A stretch of DNA of 63,605 bases, counting the filler, from Chiloscyllium plagiosum (Eukaryota): NCBI RefSeq assembly GCF_004010195.1. It is 4 parts of one record of this genome, joined end to end, with 100 filler letters (N's around TTAATTAATTAA, not from the genome) between each part and the next. Parts side by side here need not be neighbours in the genome. Positions count along the whole stretch, not along the records: positions 1 to 24,443 come from NC_057715.1; 3 more parts are not named here. The stretch is one strand, 5' to 3'. The translations under genes and the position numbers were made by a program. The notes beneath the pieces are model-generated. The model was not told the DNA's origin. It was given only the letters and a program-made list of their open reading frames with translations, and ran no database searches. Below are positions 1-12,766 of this stretch, one piece after another; position 1 is the first letter of the stretch, and every line of letters begins with the position of its first letter.

Positions 1-157
1 GTGCCCCTCCGTCATATTCCCTCCCCCCTACCTTTTATCTCAGCCCGCTTGGCACACCAGCCTCATTCCTGAAGAAGGGCTTATGCCCAAAACATCAATT
101 CTCCTGCTCCTCGGATGCTGCCTCGCCTGCTGTGTTTTTCCAGCACCACATTTTTCA
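1..157 (+). mobile_element. Penelope-like terminal repeat fragment with decayed HHR (CTGAAGA at 69)
   Basis: Same family as 57659-57910 and the 31875 element; GAAA is mutated to AAAA. Confidence 0.8.
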
Positions 158-1420
158 CCTAAGTAGTTAAGAGCCAATGGGATCCAAAGTTGGCTTCATA
201 GCAGGAAGCAGAGAGTGTTTTTGTGACTGAAAGCTTGTAGCCAGTGGAGAGCTACAGGGTTCAATGTTGGGTCCTTTGCTGTTTGCTGCGTACATTAATG
301 ATCTAGACCTGAATGTAGATAATATGCTCAGTATGTTCAGACAGCACAAAAATTGTTTGTGGGTAAACAGTGAGGGGGAAAAGCCTCAGACTACAGGACA
401 ATATCGACAGGTTGGTCAGAGGGATTGAGGAATGGCAGTTGGAACTTAATCCTGAATGAGTATGAGGTGACGCACATTGGAAGGATAAACAAGGCTAGGA
501 GTACATGTTGAATAGTACAATCCTCGGAGGTACAAAGGATCAGAGGGACCTTATTGTGCATGTCCATGGATCTTTGAAGGCAGCAGGACAGATAGCTAAA
601 GGTGATTAAGAAGGCACATGGCGTACTTGCCTTTGTTAGTCAAGGCATTGAATACAAGAGCAAGGAAGGCATTCGATTATCCGAATTTTGGATTGTCCGA
701 ACAAGATCGCAAGGTCCCAATGCTTGGCTAAACTATGTTATCCAGCATTCAATTATCTGTACATTTGATTATCTGAACAAAATACTCCCCACCCGTGTCA
801 TTTGAATAATTGAGGTTCCTCTGTATAGTATTAGTTAGATCACTGCTCAAATAATGAGTGCCGTTCTGGTCGCCACACCATAGGAAGGATGTGATTGTAT
901 TGAGGAGGGTGCAGAAGAAATTCACCCATTCTGAGGAAGGGTCACTGGATCTGAAACATTAACTCTGCTATCTCTCCACAAATGTTGCCCGACCTGCTAA
1001 GCTTCTCCAGTAATTTCTGTTTTTGTTCACATGGTGTTGCCTGGGATGGAATTATTTAACAATGAGGAGAGAGTAGAGAGGCTGGGGATGATTGGGTTGA
1101 GGTGTACAAAGATTGAGAGGCAGAGTGGATGGGAGAAACATTGCCCTTTATTGGAGGGGTCTATAATCGGATAGCATGGTTTTAAGGTAAGGAGCAACTG
1201 TTTAGAGAGTGTCTTTATAATCCAGAAGGTGTTGGGTATCTGGAACTCACTGCCCAGGGGGTGGTAGAGGTGGAAACAATTTAGGAAGCATTCAGATGGG
1301 CACTTGCAATGCTATGGCATACAAGGCTACGGGCCGAGTGCTAAAATATGGGATTAGAAAAGGTGGAAGTTTAATGACTAGCATGGGCCCCATGGGCTGA
1401 AGGGCCTCTTGCTGTGCTGT
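150..1420 (+). mobile_element. Old CR1 LINE fragment interrupted by a MITE and a Penelope-type piece (~927-1027)
   Basis: Decayed GSMLGPLLF, QRDL and IKKAHGVLAF motifs plus a CR1 3' UTR. Confidence 0.8.
671..824. mobile_element. Tigger-like MITE fragment inside a CR1
   Basis: Repeated ttcgattatccgaa motifs and an end reading ...ataattgaggttcctctgTA. Confidence 0.55.
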
Positions 1421-2364
1421 AAAAATCTCTGTGATTATGGAAGAGCTGGAGAAACTCAGCAGGTCTGACAGCATCTAAGGAGAGAGGAACAGAGTGAACA
1501 TTTCATAGTTAAATTTTATTCAATTTGGAACTTGAAGAAACAGGGAGGGCACACACACATACACTTCGGCCCTCCAAGCCTGAGCTGATCCAGATCCACT
1601 GTCTAAACCTGTTGCCCAATTCCTAACCATCTGTATCCCTCTGCTCCCCACCTGCTCATGCATCTGTCCAGATGCATCTTAAATGAATCTACCGTGCCTG
1701 CCTCTACCACCTCTGCTGGCAATGCATTCCAGGCACCTACCACCCTTTGTGTAAAGTACTTGCAGCATGTATCACCCTTAAACTTTTCAGCTTGCATACA
1801 CACACACACATGTATACACTTAGAGTCTCTCTCTCACACACACACACAAAATTGAAAAACAGGTTCCATATAAAGCAACAACCTAATATGTGTTAAGCGA
1901 TTACAATCAGCCAGGTCAACAGAGGGAAGAACGCCCTCTTTTTCAAATAATAGCAAAGGATTGTCTTTGAAATAAACCCCACTGGGTTTCACCTGACTGA
2001 AGAACAGTCAGAGCACAGAACCAGCTCAGTAGTCTGGAATGGAAAAGATGGTGAATGCTGCATCAGAAAACAGAGGATATGTTTCGGTGGAGAACTCTTG
2101 CCAGAACAACACCATATGGTAGAATTTGTTTGCCTTGAGGTTTATGGCTCAGCTTCCTATGCTGCACATTGCAGAGATGACCACCTTGCTCAATGTCAGA
2201 AGCTATTGTACACTCAATTGTTCTATAATGCGATGGTCATGTGCTTGCGCAATCCCATGTTATAGAAAAATTGTGCTTTAGAAACAGCGCCTGAAGTGTT
2301 GGCAAAGTAAAACAGCCAACATATGTTTAAAAGTCTGTGCTTTAGAAACAGTGTCCCCATTTGT

Positions 2365-2899
2365 GGGCGGCATGGTGGCACAGTGGTTAGCACTGCTGCC
2401 TCACAGCGCCAGAGACCTGGGTCCAATTCCCACCTCAGGCGACTGACTGTGTGGAGTTTGCACATTCTCCNNNNNNNNNNNNNNNNNNNNNNNNNNNNNN
2501 NNNNNNNNNNNNNNNNNNNNNNNNNNNNNNNNNNNNNNNNNNNNNNNNNNNNNNNNNNNNNNNNNNNNNNNNNNNNNNNNNNNNNNNNNNNNNNNNNNNN
2601 NNNNNNNNNNNNNNNNNNNNNNNNNNNNNNNNNNNNNNNNNNNNNNNNNNNNNNNNNNNNNNNNNNNNNNNNNNNNNNNNNNNNNNNNNNNNNNNNNNNN
2701 NNNNNNNNNNNNNNNNNNNNNNNNNNNNNNNGTTTCCTCCCACAGTCCAAAGATGTGCAGGTGAATTGGCCATGCTAAATTGCCCGTAGTATTAGGTAAG
2801 GGGTAAATGTAGGGGTATAGATGGTTTGCGTTTCGGCGGGTCGGTGTGGACTTGTTGGGCCGAAGGGCCTGTTTCCACACTGTAAAGTATTCTAATCTA
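2365..2899 (+). mobile_element. HE1-type V-SINE (tRNA head, V core, CR1-like tail)
   Basis: Box A tggcacagtggttagc, V core tgtgtggagtttgcacattctcc...gtttcctcccacagtccaaagatgtgcag, and (tctaa)n tail. Confidence 0.9.
2471..2731. other. Assembly gap (261 N) inside a SINE
   Basis: N run whose two flanks are nearby parts of one V-SINE. Confidence 0.99.
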
Positions 2900-3286
2900 A
2901 AATTTGTCAATTGTGTTACAGCAAATTTGCATCAATGAAGCGCGTATTATAGCAGAACGAGCTGTAAAGGACTTCAAGATATTCAAGGCAATCAGCGAGA
3001 CAGAACATGATTTTGTAAAAGGGAAATCAGGTTTTATTCAACTTTATGAAGTCCTTTGATGAAGTACCATAAAACAACAGGTCCATTCACCCCATTGTGT
3101 CTGCTCTGGCAATGATCTGATAATCCTCAACTCCACTTTCCTGCCTTTTCCCCATGACCCTTGATGCCCTTCCTGATTAAAAATCATTCTAGGTTAGCCT
3201 TGAATGGCCCACTCTCAACAGTTCTCTGCATTCAATAATTCCACAGATTCACCAGCCTCAGAGGGAAATTCTTTCTCATCTTTCTG

Positions 3287-3587
3287 ATTAGATTAGATTA
3301 TTTACAGTGTGGAAACAGGCCCTTCGACCCAACAAGTCCACACCGACCATCCGAAGAGCAAGCCACCCAGACCCATTCCTCTACACCTAACACTACAGGC
3401 AATTTCCCATGGCCAATTCACCTAAACTGCATATTTTTGGACTGTGGGAGGAAACCGGAGCACCCGGTGGAAACCCACACAGACACAGGGAGAATGTGCA
3501 AACTCCATACAGACAGTTGCCTGAGGCAGGAATTGAACCCGGGTCTCTGGCGCTGTGAGGCAGCAGTGTTAACCATTGTGCCACCCA
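3287..3587 (-). mobile_element. HE1-type V-SINE
   Basis: Full reverse-complement copy with (ttaga)n tail, inserted in a CR1 3' fragment. Confidence 0.9.
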
Positions 3588-6500
3588 CATCTTAAATGTC
3601 CAACCCATTATTTTGAGATGATTCCCTCCAGTCCTAGACTCTCCCATGAGGGGAAACAACCTCTCCATATCTACCCTATCAAGTCCCAACCAACTCAACC
3701 TCTCCTCATAAGACAATCCCTCCTTACCCAGTATCAGCCCTATAAGCCTTCTCTGGACTGCTTCTAATTCTGTTATACTTTTCCTTCACTAAACGGCCAG
3801 AAACTATTCACAGTCTTCGATCTGTGGCCTGACTAGTGCCTTGTAGTTTTCGCTAAACCTCCCGTTCGTTTTGAAATAAACAGTACTCCCAAGTCTCTCT
3901 GTTTTATAGCTTTCCACAGTCCTTCTCCATTTAAGTAACACTGGCTCCTCTATCCTTCCTGCTGAGATACATAACCTCACATTTCCTCACATCATAGTCC
4001 ATCTGCCAGGTTTTGGCCAACTTTCTTAACATGTCTAGATCCCTCTGCAGACTTTTTGAATCATCCTCAACCCTTGCCTTCCCATCTATTTTTGTGTCAT
4101 CTGCAGACTTGGCTATAGTTCATCCCTCATCCAAGTCATTAATACATATTGAAAACACCTGTGGCCCCAGCTATGATCCCTGTGGCAGCCCACTAGCTAC
4201 AGGTTGTCACCTGGACAATAATCCCCTTATCCCAGCTCTCTGTTTTCTCTTAGTTAGTCAAACATCTATCAAATGCTAATATACAACCTCCAACACCATG
4301 CACTCTTATCTTCTTCACATGTTAGAAAAGGGAAACTGGTGGAAAAACCAAACTTGGATTTCTAGCTGGTACTTGGTAGGGTACCATATCGAAGTTTATT
4401 GATTAATATAAATGATCATGGCTTAGGGAGTAGCATTCTGGCATGGATAGAAGATTAGCTGCTTAATAGGATACAGAGTAGGCATAACTACGTGACATAC
4501 TGTTACTGTGGCAATTTGGACCCATTGTGTAACTATAACTGGATGGCTCAGTGGTCAGCATTGCTGTCTCACAGTGCCAGGGACCCAGGATTGCCTCCAC
4601 TCTTAGATGACTGTCTGTATGGAGTTTGCATGTTCTTCCCGTGTCTGCATGGTTTTCCTCCCAATGTCCACACAGGCTGGACGGGTTGGCCATAGCGTCC
4701 AGGGCTGTGTAGACCAGGTGGATTACACATGGGAAATGCAGAGTTGCAGGGTCTTTGTAGGGTCAGTGTGAACTCAATGGGCTGAATGGCCTGCTTCCAC
4801 AGTGTAGGGATTTTATGAGGCATGATCCGAGCAGGCACTGTGTTGGTTTTACAAACCTGGAGCTACTAGGATCAGGTGCGACTTTCAATTAAATCTCCTT
4901 AACTTCATACAGAAGGAACAAGACTGTAGAATGCAAAACAGCCTTCCCTTAAAGAAGGAGAGTCAGTCACGGGTGTTAACTTTCTCCAATCATCTAAAAT
5001 ACAATTGCTTTTTCATGTAGATTCTAATGTTCCTGAAAACTGTAAGTATACAGGTCAAACTCCTCATATAATAGTCCCCTTCCAACAGAAACAGGAGTTG
5101 GGTTTATTCAGTGTTTGCTGTAAAAGCTTGGATCAAACTATTTATATTTTAAGTAAACACATGAATTTATTATAGGTCACAGTGCAATTTTGGTATTTAC
5201 ATAAACATGAATCACAAAGCTAAATAACATACCGAAGAAGGGTCACACAACTAGAAATGTTTACTCTATTTTTTGGTGTTGTATAACTAAAAAGTGCTTG
5301 GAAGATGGTTGTCCAATAATAGACCATCAAATAATAGACTCAACGATATAAGTCTCAGCCACTCGCTGGTTCATTTCTCTGAGCAATTTCCTGACCAATC
5401 AGGGTCAACCTGGCAGGTTTAAAATTTAAACAAAGGCTGACGTTTAACTGTCATTCATTCTTAAATGGTACATTTACCATGGCAAAGCCTCTACCAATCA
5501 AAGCCCACATGTCAACCAATCAGTACTCTCTTCTCCTGCAGTATCAATGTTACATCTTCGCCATGAATTGGCATTCTTGTGAATTATCCTGATGAATACA
5601 AGATGGGAAACTTTGGAAAAATGGGCCTTTATTTAGTCATAGATCATTGTTATTCATTATCCCATACTAGTGAGAGGATTTTCTCATTCTAATTATGTTG
5701 GTTGTTCAAGTTTCAGTCATTTTCCTTTTAAAAATAAATCTAGGGCTATGTGACAGTCATATTGGTCAATCTGCATGGTCCAGGAACTGGCCAAATGAAG
5801 TAGTAGCAGAAGGTGGCCATTTGGCCCTTCAAGTCTGATCCACCATTCAATGAGATCACGGCTCATCTGGTAATCCCCAAATCTACTTTTTCACCTTATT
5901 GCCTGTGCCCAGTATGAGATGACAACTTGGGACCAGTATTGTCTCTAATCCCCTGAATGTCTAACAGGAAAACACACATCCTCCATCGTTCTGCTCTGTA
6001 AGATTTCCATCCTGCTTTAAATATACCATTCAGACAACTTAGAGGTTCACATGAACTCAAGAAAAATGAGGAGGAACAGGGCTTGGGCTCTAACATTCCT
6101 TTATCAGATTGTGGTTTTATTCATCCAAACTAGCATTGTACAGCAATACTTATTGACAGCTTTAAAATCTCCAGGTTAATGGTTTCAGTTCAGTGTAACC
6201 TTCAGCAGCAATCGCACATTGTTGGGAGGGGAGTGGATAGTGTTATGCCTGGTCATTGGGAGCTTCAGACTGCAATCACAAAAACTATCATCTTCTACTG
6301 TTGGCATGAGAGAATGTAGCTTGCTGTCAGTTTTTTATGCAAAGCCACTTTTCAGTAAATTACTCAAATCCATCGTAAACATTTCAGTCTTTCATCTGAT
6401 ACGTTTATTTTTCTAAATTAAATTAATTACAGATTTTAATTCAAATTTTTCCACTTTGCCAAGAGAATGCAGAATCCTGCTCTTTCTTCTAAACATAGAA

Positions 6501-8364
6501 GGGGATTAGAATTGTGGTTAGCATTACAATCCATTTACTTGTAGCTACAGATAAATTAATAATACCTGTAAATTAGTATTACCTGTAATAAGTAAACATT
6601 CTTGGTCATGACAGAAACCCAGTGCATGCTTTGTGTCAGCATAGGTGTGAATATCAGCTTATTGCAGGAACATTTGAGCACTTTTTAAAATCTTTAACAT
6701 TTGATTTTAACTTTCTGCAGTTAGCTTGAAATGACAGTGAAATGTTCAGTTCTGTTACCTCACTTTAGGAAGGATGTGGGTGTCAGGAAGAGGAGATTTA
6801 TCAGGATGGTGCCATGGATGAGGGATTACAGGTTTCCAGGTCAGGATGAAGAACCTGGGCTCAAATCCCTTGGAGTAGAACAGATGACAGAGCTGTACAA
6901 GATGCCAATAGGTTTAGATAAGGCAGACAAGGAGATACTGTCCCCATTAACAGATAAGAATACAAAGTATGGGGGGGTGCTGGGATCAAATTTAAGACTT
7001 TGAGGCAAGAAATGCTCATGAAGAAGGAAAATGTAAGAATATTTAAGTAATGGAGTGATAATGAGCTGGAACTATCCATGAGTGTGACAAGCAATGGATT
7101 TCCAAAAGGAGAATTGGATAAGCACACAAAATAAATAAGCCAGAACCTCGGGGACTGGGCAGGAGAGTGGGACTCACTGGAATACTGTATGAAGTGTCAA
7201 AATGGGCTCAAATAGACTGAATGGCCTCTGACTGTGATGTAAATGACTTGATATAGCACTTTTGATGTAGCAGAATTTATTCCCAAATACTTCCATGGAT
7301 AAGCAATCACGAAAGCCCTTCAAAACAATCCAGTCCAAATCATCCAACTGCTTATGATTACATCCAATAATGGACCTTTCTCCGATTAGCTTGTGACCTT
7401 TATCCTAAGTCACATAAGTTATTAGGTCTGGTGACCAAAGCTTCACCCGAAAGACATAAGTTAAGGAGTATGTTAAAGGGGGAGGGGGAAGGTAGCAGAG
7501 TCTTGAAGGGAGTTGTTTTGAAAGGGTGCAACACAGGAGACCAGCCATTGGAATGGCCAAGTCTTGAGGTGACAAAGACCTCAATAAATAGTTCAGCAAC
7601 GGACGAGGTAAGGCAGGGAGATGGGTGGTGCCAACAGTAGAAGATGATAGTTTTTGTGATTGCAGTCTGAAGCTCCCAATCAGCATCAAATAGAACGCCA
7701 ACGATGTGGGGAATGCTTGGGCCAACCTCAGACAGTGTTCCAAGGACTGGGATGGTGTCAAAGGCTGGCTATAAGAGAATTTGTTGTCTTATGGTCAAGG
7801 GACAGCAGGACATTCACAAATGTTAGTGGGACAGAGAGGTTAGAAGTGGGAACAAATCTGTCATCAGGAAAGGTGACAAATATTTGTACAAGTGGTCCTG
7901 AAAAGCAGGATGTAAAGATTACAGCTTGAGGTTTTTGTATGTTCATTAACAGCAACACAAAGCAGCTACTTCCTTGAAGAGATTCAACACCAGTTAGTGC
8001 CAGCTGATGGGGTCACACACATGTTATTTATTAACCGACATGACTTTTAGTCATTCTTCAATGGTTCACTTGTTGCCCATTCCTCACTTTCATTTTTATT
8101 CATTCGTGAAATGTAGGTGTTGCTGGCTGGGTCAGCGTTTATTGCCCATCCCTAGTTGCCCCTTGAGAAAGTGGTGGTGGGCTGCCTTCTTGAACCGCTG
8201 CAGTCTATGTGCTGTAGGTAGACCCACAATGCCCTTAGGGAGGAAATTTATTAGACTGACGGATTTGCTAGGGCCATTTAAATGGACAATTAAGAATCAG
8301 TCACAATACTATGGGCCTGGAGTCACATGTAGTCCAGACCAGATAAGAATTAACGATCTAGATT

Positions 8365-9288
8365 AAGGAACTGAAAGCATTCTGCCTAAGTTTGCAGACC
8401 ATACAAAGATAGGTAGAGGGACTGGAAGCATTGAAGAGGTGAGGAGGCTACTGAAGGATTTGGACCAGTTAGGGGAGTGGACAAAAACGTGTTAGATGGA
8501 GTACAATGTGGGAAAGTGTGAGGTCGTACACTTTGGTTGGAAGAATAGAAGCCTGGACTATTTTCTAAATGGAGAGAAAATTCAGAAATCTGAAGAGCAA
8601 AGAGACTTGGGAGTTCTAGTCCAGGATTCTCTCAAGGTAAACTTGCAGGTTGAGTCAGTAGTTAGGAAAGCAAATGCAACGATGGCATTTAGTTTGAAAG
8701 GACTTGAATATGAAAGCAAGGATGTACTTCTGAGGCTCGATAAGGCTCCTGTCAGACTACATTCGGAGTATTGTGCATAGTTTCAGGAAGGTTGTACTGG
8801 CCCTGGAGCATGTTCAGAGGAGGGTCATAAGAATGGTCCCAGGAATGAAAAGTCGAATATATGAGGAGTGTTTGAGGACTCTGGATTCATACTTGTTGGA
8901 GTTTAGAAGGCTGAGGGGGGGGGATCTAATTGAAACGTATAGAATACTAATGGCCTGGACAGAGTGGATGTTGGCAAGATGTTTCCATTGGTAGGAGAGA
9001 CTAGAACCCAAGGGCACAGCCTTAGAGTAAAGGGAAGACATTTTAGAATGGAGATAAGGAGAAACTTCTTCAGCCAGAGAGTGGTCAATCTATGGAATTC
9101 ATTGCCACAGAAGGCTGTGGAGGCCAGGTCATTGAGTACATTTAAGACGGTGACAGGTAGGTTCTTGAGTATCAAAGGGATTAAGGGTTACCGGGGGAAA
9201 GTGGGAGAATGGGGGTGAGAAACCTATCAGCCATGATCGAATGGCAGAAACAGATTTGATGGGCTGAATGGCCTAATTTCTGCTCCTG
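8365..9288 (+). mobile_element. CR1 LINE, 5'-truncated ORF2 (RT C-terminal half) and 3' UTR
   Basis: KFAD motif region, NVGKCEVVHFG...QRDLGVLV, and NFFSQRVVNLWNSLP; contains frameshifts. Confidence 0.92.
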
Positions 9289-10128
9289 GGTGGACAACGA
9301 AGAGGGTTACTTCAGATTACAACAGGATCTGGACCAGATGGGCCAATGGGCTGAGAAGTGGCAGATGGAGTTTAATTCAGATAAATGCGAGCTACTGCAT
9401 TTTGGGAAAGCAAATCTTAGCAGGACTTATACACTTCATGGTAGGGTCCTAGGGAGTGCTGCAGAACAAAGAGACCTTGGAGTGCAGGTTCATAGCTCCT
9501 TGAAAGTGGAGTCGCAGGTAGATAGGATAGTGAAGAAGGCCTTTGGTATGCTTTCCTTTATTGGTCAGAGTATTGAGTACAGGTGTTGGGAGGTCATGTT
9601 GCAACTGTACAGGACATTGGTTAGGCCACTTTTGGAATATTGCATGCAATTCTGGTCTCCTTCCTATCGGAAAGATGTTGTGAAAAAAGGAGAGGCTGAA
9701 CAGGCTGGGGCTGTTTTCCCTGGAGCGTCAGAGGCTGAGGCGTGACCTTATAGATGTTTACAAGATTATGAGGGGCATGGATAGGAGAAATAGACAAAGT
9801 CTTTTCCCTGGGGTCGGGGAGTCCAGAACTAGAGGGCATAGGTTTAGGGTGAGAGGGGAAAGATATAAAAGAGACCTAAGGGGCACCTTTTTCATGCAGA
9901 AGGTGATATGAGTATGGAATGAGCTGCCAGAGGAAGTGGTGGAGGCTGGTACAATTGCAACATTCAAGAGGCATTTGGATGGGTATATGAATAGGAAGGG
10001 TTTGGAGGGATATGGGCCGGGTGCTGGCAGGTGGGACTAGATTGGGTTGGGATATCTGGTCAGCATGGACTGGTTGGACCTAAGGGTCTGTTTCCATGCT
10101 GTACATCTCTATGACTCTATGACTCTAT
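9289..10128 (+). mobile_element. CR1 LINE, younger subfamily, inserted in the tail of the previous copy
   Basis: LQQDLDQMGQWAEKWQMEFN...RPLLEYCMQFWSP and a (gactctat)n tail; nearly identical to 52075-52988. Confidence 0.93.
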
Positions 10129-11100
10129 GTCTTATGGTCTTATTTCCCTGAAATGAACGTGTGAACCAATTTTTTTAAAAATTTAACCTATATGTTTCTA
10201 ATCTGCCTGTTCAAGGATATTATTGCACATCTCTAGAGGAACTGGGACTTAAACCTGGGTCTTCCAGTCCACTGGTAGGGAGACTATCATTAAGTCACTG
10301 AGTCATAGAGGTCTAAAGCAAGGACACAGGCCCTTCGGCCCAACCTTTTCATGCCGCCCCATTTTCACAATTAAACTACCACTGCACCACAGTGTAGGAC
10401 CTCAGATGTTTTAATATACATATAATCAACAATCAATGGTAATTTAACAGTCACCATTACGTTTCAATCCAGTTACTAATTGAGTTGAAATTCTACCAGG
10501 CCTCCAGGTTGGGTTTGAACCCCCACATCTTGGGCATTAGCCTGAAGGCTCTGGATTACTCGTCCAGTTGCAGTACACTACACCGCAACAACATGGGCGG
10601 GAGTGAATGAGGGAGGAATGGAAGGGGAGGAGAAGGAATGATGAAGGGAAAAAAAAAGAGTTAAGGGATTTAATTTTTTTAAATGTTGAACATTCCATTG
10701 CTTAGAAACAAATAGCGGAAGTAAAGTGAAGGATTTATGTTACAGTCTGTGACTGTGCTAGGAGAGTGCCAACAATTACCATATATTCGGGTGTATACAT
10801 TGCAGCTCAGATTCCAACCCATCTGATTCTGAAAAAAATATGTGGCATTGCGTTTTTACGCCAGAATGACCCACAGAAATGTGGGCGACTCTTAACTGCC
10901 CCCTTGAGGCAATTAAGAGGGGGCAATAAATGCTGGTGTAGCCAGTGACTGCCACATTCCATGAGAAAATAAGAAAAATAACTTTGGGTAGGTTTATCAA
11001 TGGACTACCACCATCAGCATAACCTTTGTCATGTTTGACATTGTGTATCTGCTTCTTTTTTGTCAGATGTCTTCATGAACAGTTCTTTGAGGAGGTGTCA

Positions 11101-11862
11101 AGACAGGTCGATGGAAGGTCGAGCAGTGGATGTGGTGTATATGGATTTCAGCAAGGCATTTGAGAAGGTTCGCCATGATAGGCTCATTCATAAAATCAGG
11201 AAGTATGGGATACAGGGAGATTTGGCTATCTGGATTCAGAATTGGCTGGCTGACAGAAGTAGAGAGTGGTTGTAGATAGAAAGTATTCTGCCTGGAGGCC
11301 AGTGTTGAGTGGGGTCCCACAGATCTCTGTTCTTGGGCCTCTGCTCTTTGTAGTTTTTATAAATGACTTGGATGAGGAGGTTGAGGGGTAGGTTAGTAAA
11401 TTTGCCAATGACACAAAGGTTGGAGGTGTCATCGATAGTATAGAGGGTTTCTGCAGGCTGCAGCGCGACATAGACAGGATGCAGAGCTGGGCTGAGAAAT
11501 GGCAGATAGAGTTCAACCTGGATAAATGCAAAGTGATGCATTTTGGAAGGTCAAACTCGAATGCTGAATATAGGTTCAAAGACAGGATTCTTGGCAGTGT
11601 GGAGGAACAGAGAGATCTGGGTGTGCAAGTGCATAGATTCCTCAAAGTTGCCAAACAAGTGGATAGGGTGGTTAAGAAAGCATATGGCATTTTGGCTTTC
11701 ATTAACAGGGTGATCGAGTTTAAGAGCCGTGAGATTTTGCTGCATCTCCACAAGTCCATGGTGAGACCACACTTGGAATATTGTGTCCATTTCTGGTTGC
11801 CCTACTATGGGAAAGATACACAGGCTTTGGAGAGGGTGCAAAGAAGGTTCACCAGGATGCTG
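11101..11862 (+). mobile_element. CR1 LINE ORF2 fragment (CR1 3' end resumes at 13169-13490)
   Basis: [27 protein letters not shown] and WAEKWQIEFN motifs. Confidence 0.92.
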
Positions 11863-12106
11863 TTGAAAAATGTGGTGCTGGAAAAACACAGCAGGCCAGG
11901 CAGCATCCGAGGAGCAGGAGAATCGACGTTTTGGGCATAAGCCCTTCTTCAGGAACGAGGCTGGTGAGCCAAGTGGGCTGAGATAAAAGGTAAGGGGGAG
12001 GGAATTTGAGGAGGGGTGCTGGGAATACGATAGGTAGAAGGAGGTGAGGGTGATAGGCTGGAGAGGGGGTGGGGGCGGAGAGGTCAGGAAGAAGATTGCA
12101 GGTCAA
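11863..12106 (-). mobile_element. Penelope-like terminal fragment
   Basis: Reverse complement of the family at 57659-57910; interrupts a CR1 ORF2. Confidence 0.8.
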
Positions 12107-12319
12107 GACAATCGCAATTGAGGAGAGATTTTGATACAGAACAATGTTTTGGAAAAAGACTAAGAAACCAGAAGAACAAACTGTGGAGGTCCCGACCGTC
12201 CCGGGATGGCATGGATGTGGGCATGTACGTGGCAGTTTGTTTGAGAGAGGATCCCAGTCCTGATGAAGAACCCCTTGCCTGGGGTACAGCGGAGGATGTG
12301 GGCATGTAAGCGGAGTTAA

Positions 12320-12495
12320 CAGAATTGAATGGGATTGAACTGAACTGAACTGAGTGGAACTGAGCTAAATTGAATTGAAATGGACGGAACTGAATTGAAC
12401 ACAATTGAATTGAACTGAACAGACCTGAACTGAGCTGAATTGAATTACACTGAATTGAGTGAACTGAAATTAACTGAAACGAATTGAACTGAATT
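12320..12495 (+). repeat. Degenerate pentamer microsatellite (GAACT/GAATT)n
   Basis: Direct reading: gaattgaactgaactgaactg... Confidence 0.9.
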
Positions 12496-12498
12496 AAG

Positions 12499-12766
12499 CA
12501 TAATGTAACACATGTATTGGGCCAAGCAGTGGAATGTGGTGTAAAATTCCAAGCAGTGGAATGTGGTGAAACGGTTAAAAATTATGTCCCAATACATGTG
12601 TGAATCATAATGTAACACATGTATTGGGCCAAGCAGTGGAATGTGGTGTAAAATTCCAAGCAGTGGAATGTGGTGTAAAATTCCAAGCAGTGGAATGTGG
12701 TGTAAAATTCCAAGCAGTGGAATGTGGTGAAACGGTTAAAAATTATGTCCCAATACATGTGTGAAT
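12499..12766 (+). repeat. Two tandem cassettes (107 and 161 bp) built of 27-bp repeats between 14-bp inverted repeats
   Basis: Unit ccaagcagtggaatgtggtgtaaaatt. IRs acacatgtattggg / cccaatacatgtgt at 12508-12521/12588-12601 and 12615-12628/12749-12762. Confidence 0.95.

Larger units (their letters stand above)
2209..2966. mobile_element. Tc1/mariner (Tigger-like) MITE interrupted by a V-SINE
   Basis: TA-bounded imperfect TIRs tacactcaattgttctataatgcg / cgtattatagcagaacgagctgta. SINE insertion flanked by duplicated atttgt. Confidence 0.6.

Noticed and set aside
10720..10828. Minus-strand GNCW downstream of an acceptor-like site, as a possible CAPN5 catalytic exon
   Set aside because: The surrounding translation (NQMGWNLSCNVYTRIYGNCWHSPS) lacks DLHQG..GNCWFVAA and the spacing is wrong; chance match.
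12499..12766. CRISPR-like array of 27-bp repeats
   Set aside because: Repeats are directly adjacent with no unique spacers, there are no cas genes, and the context is vertebrate.
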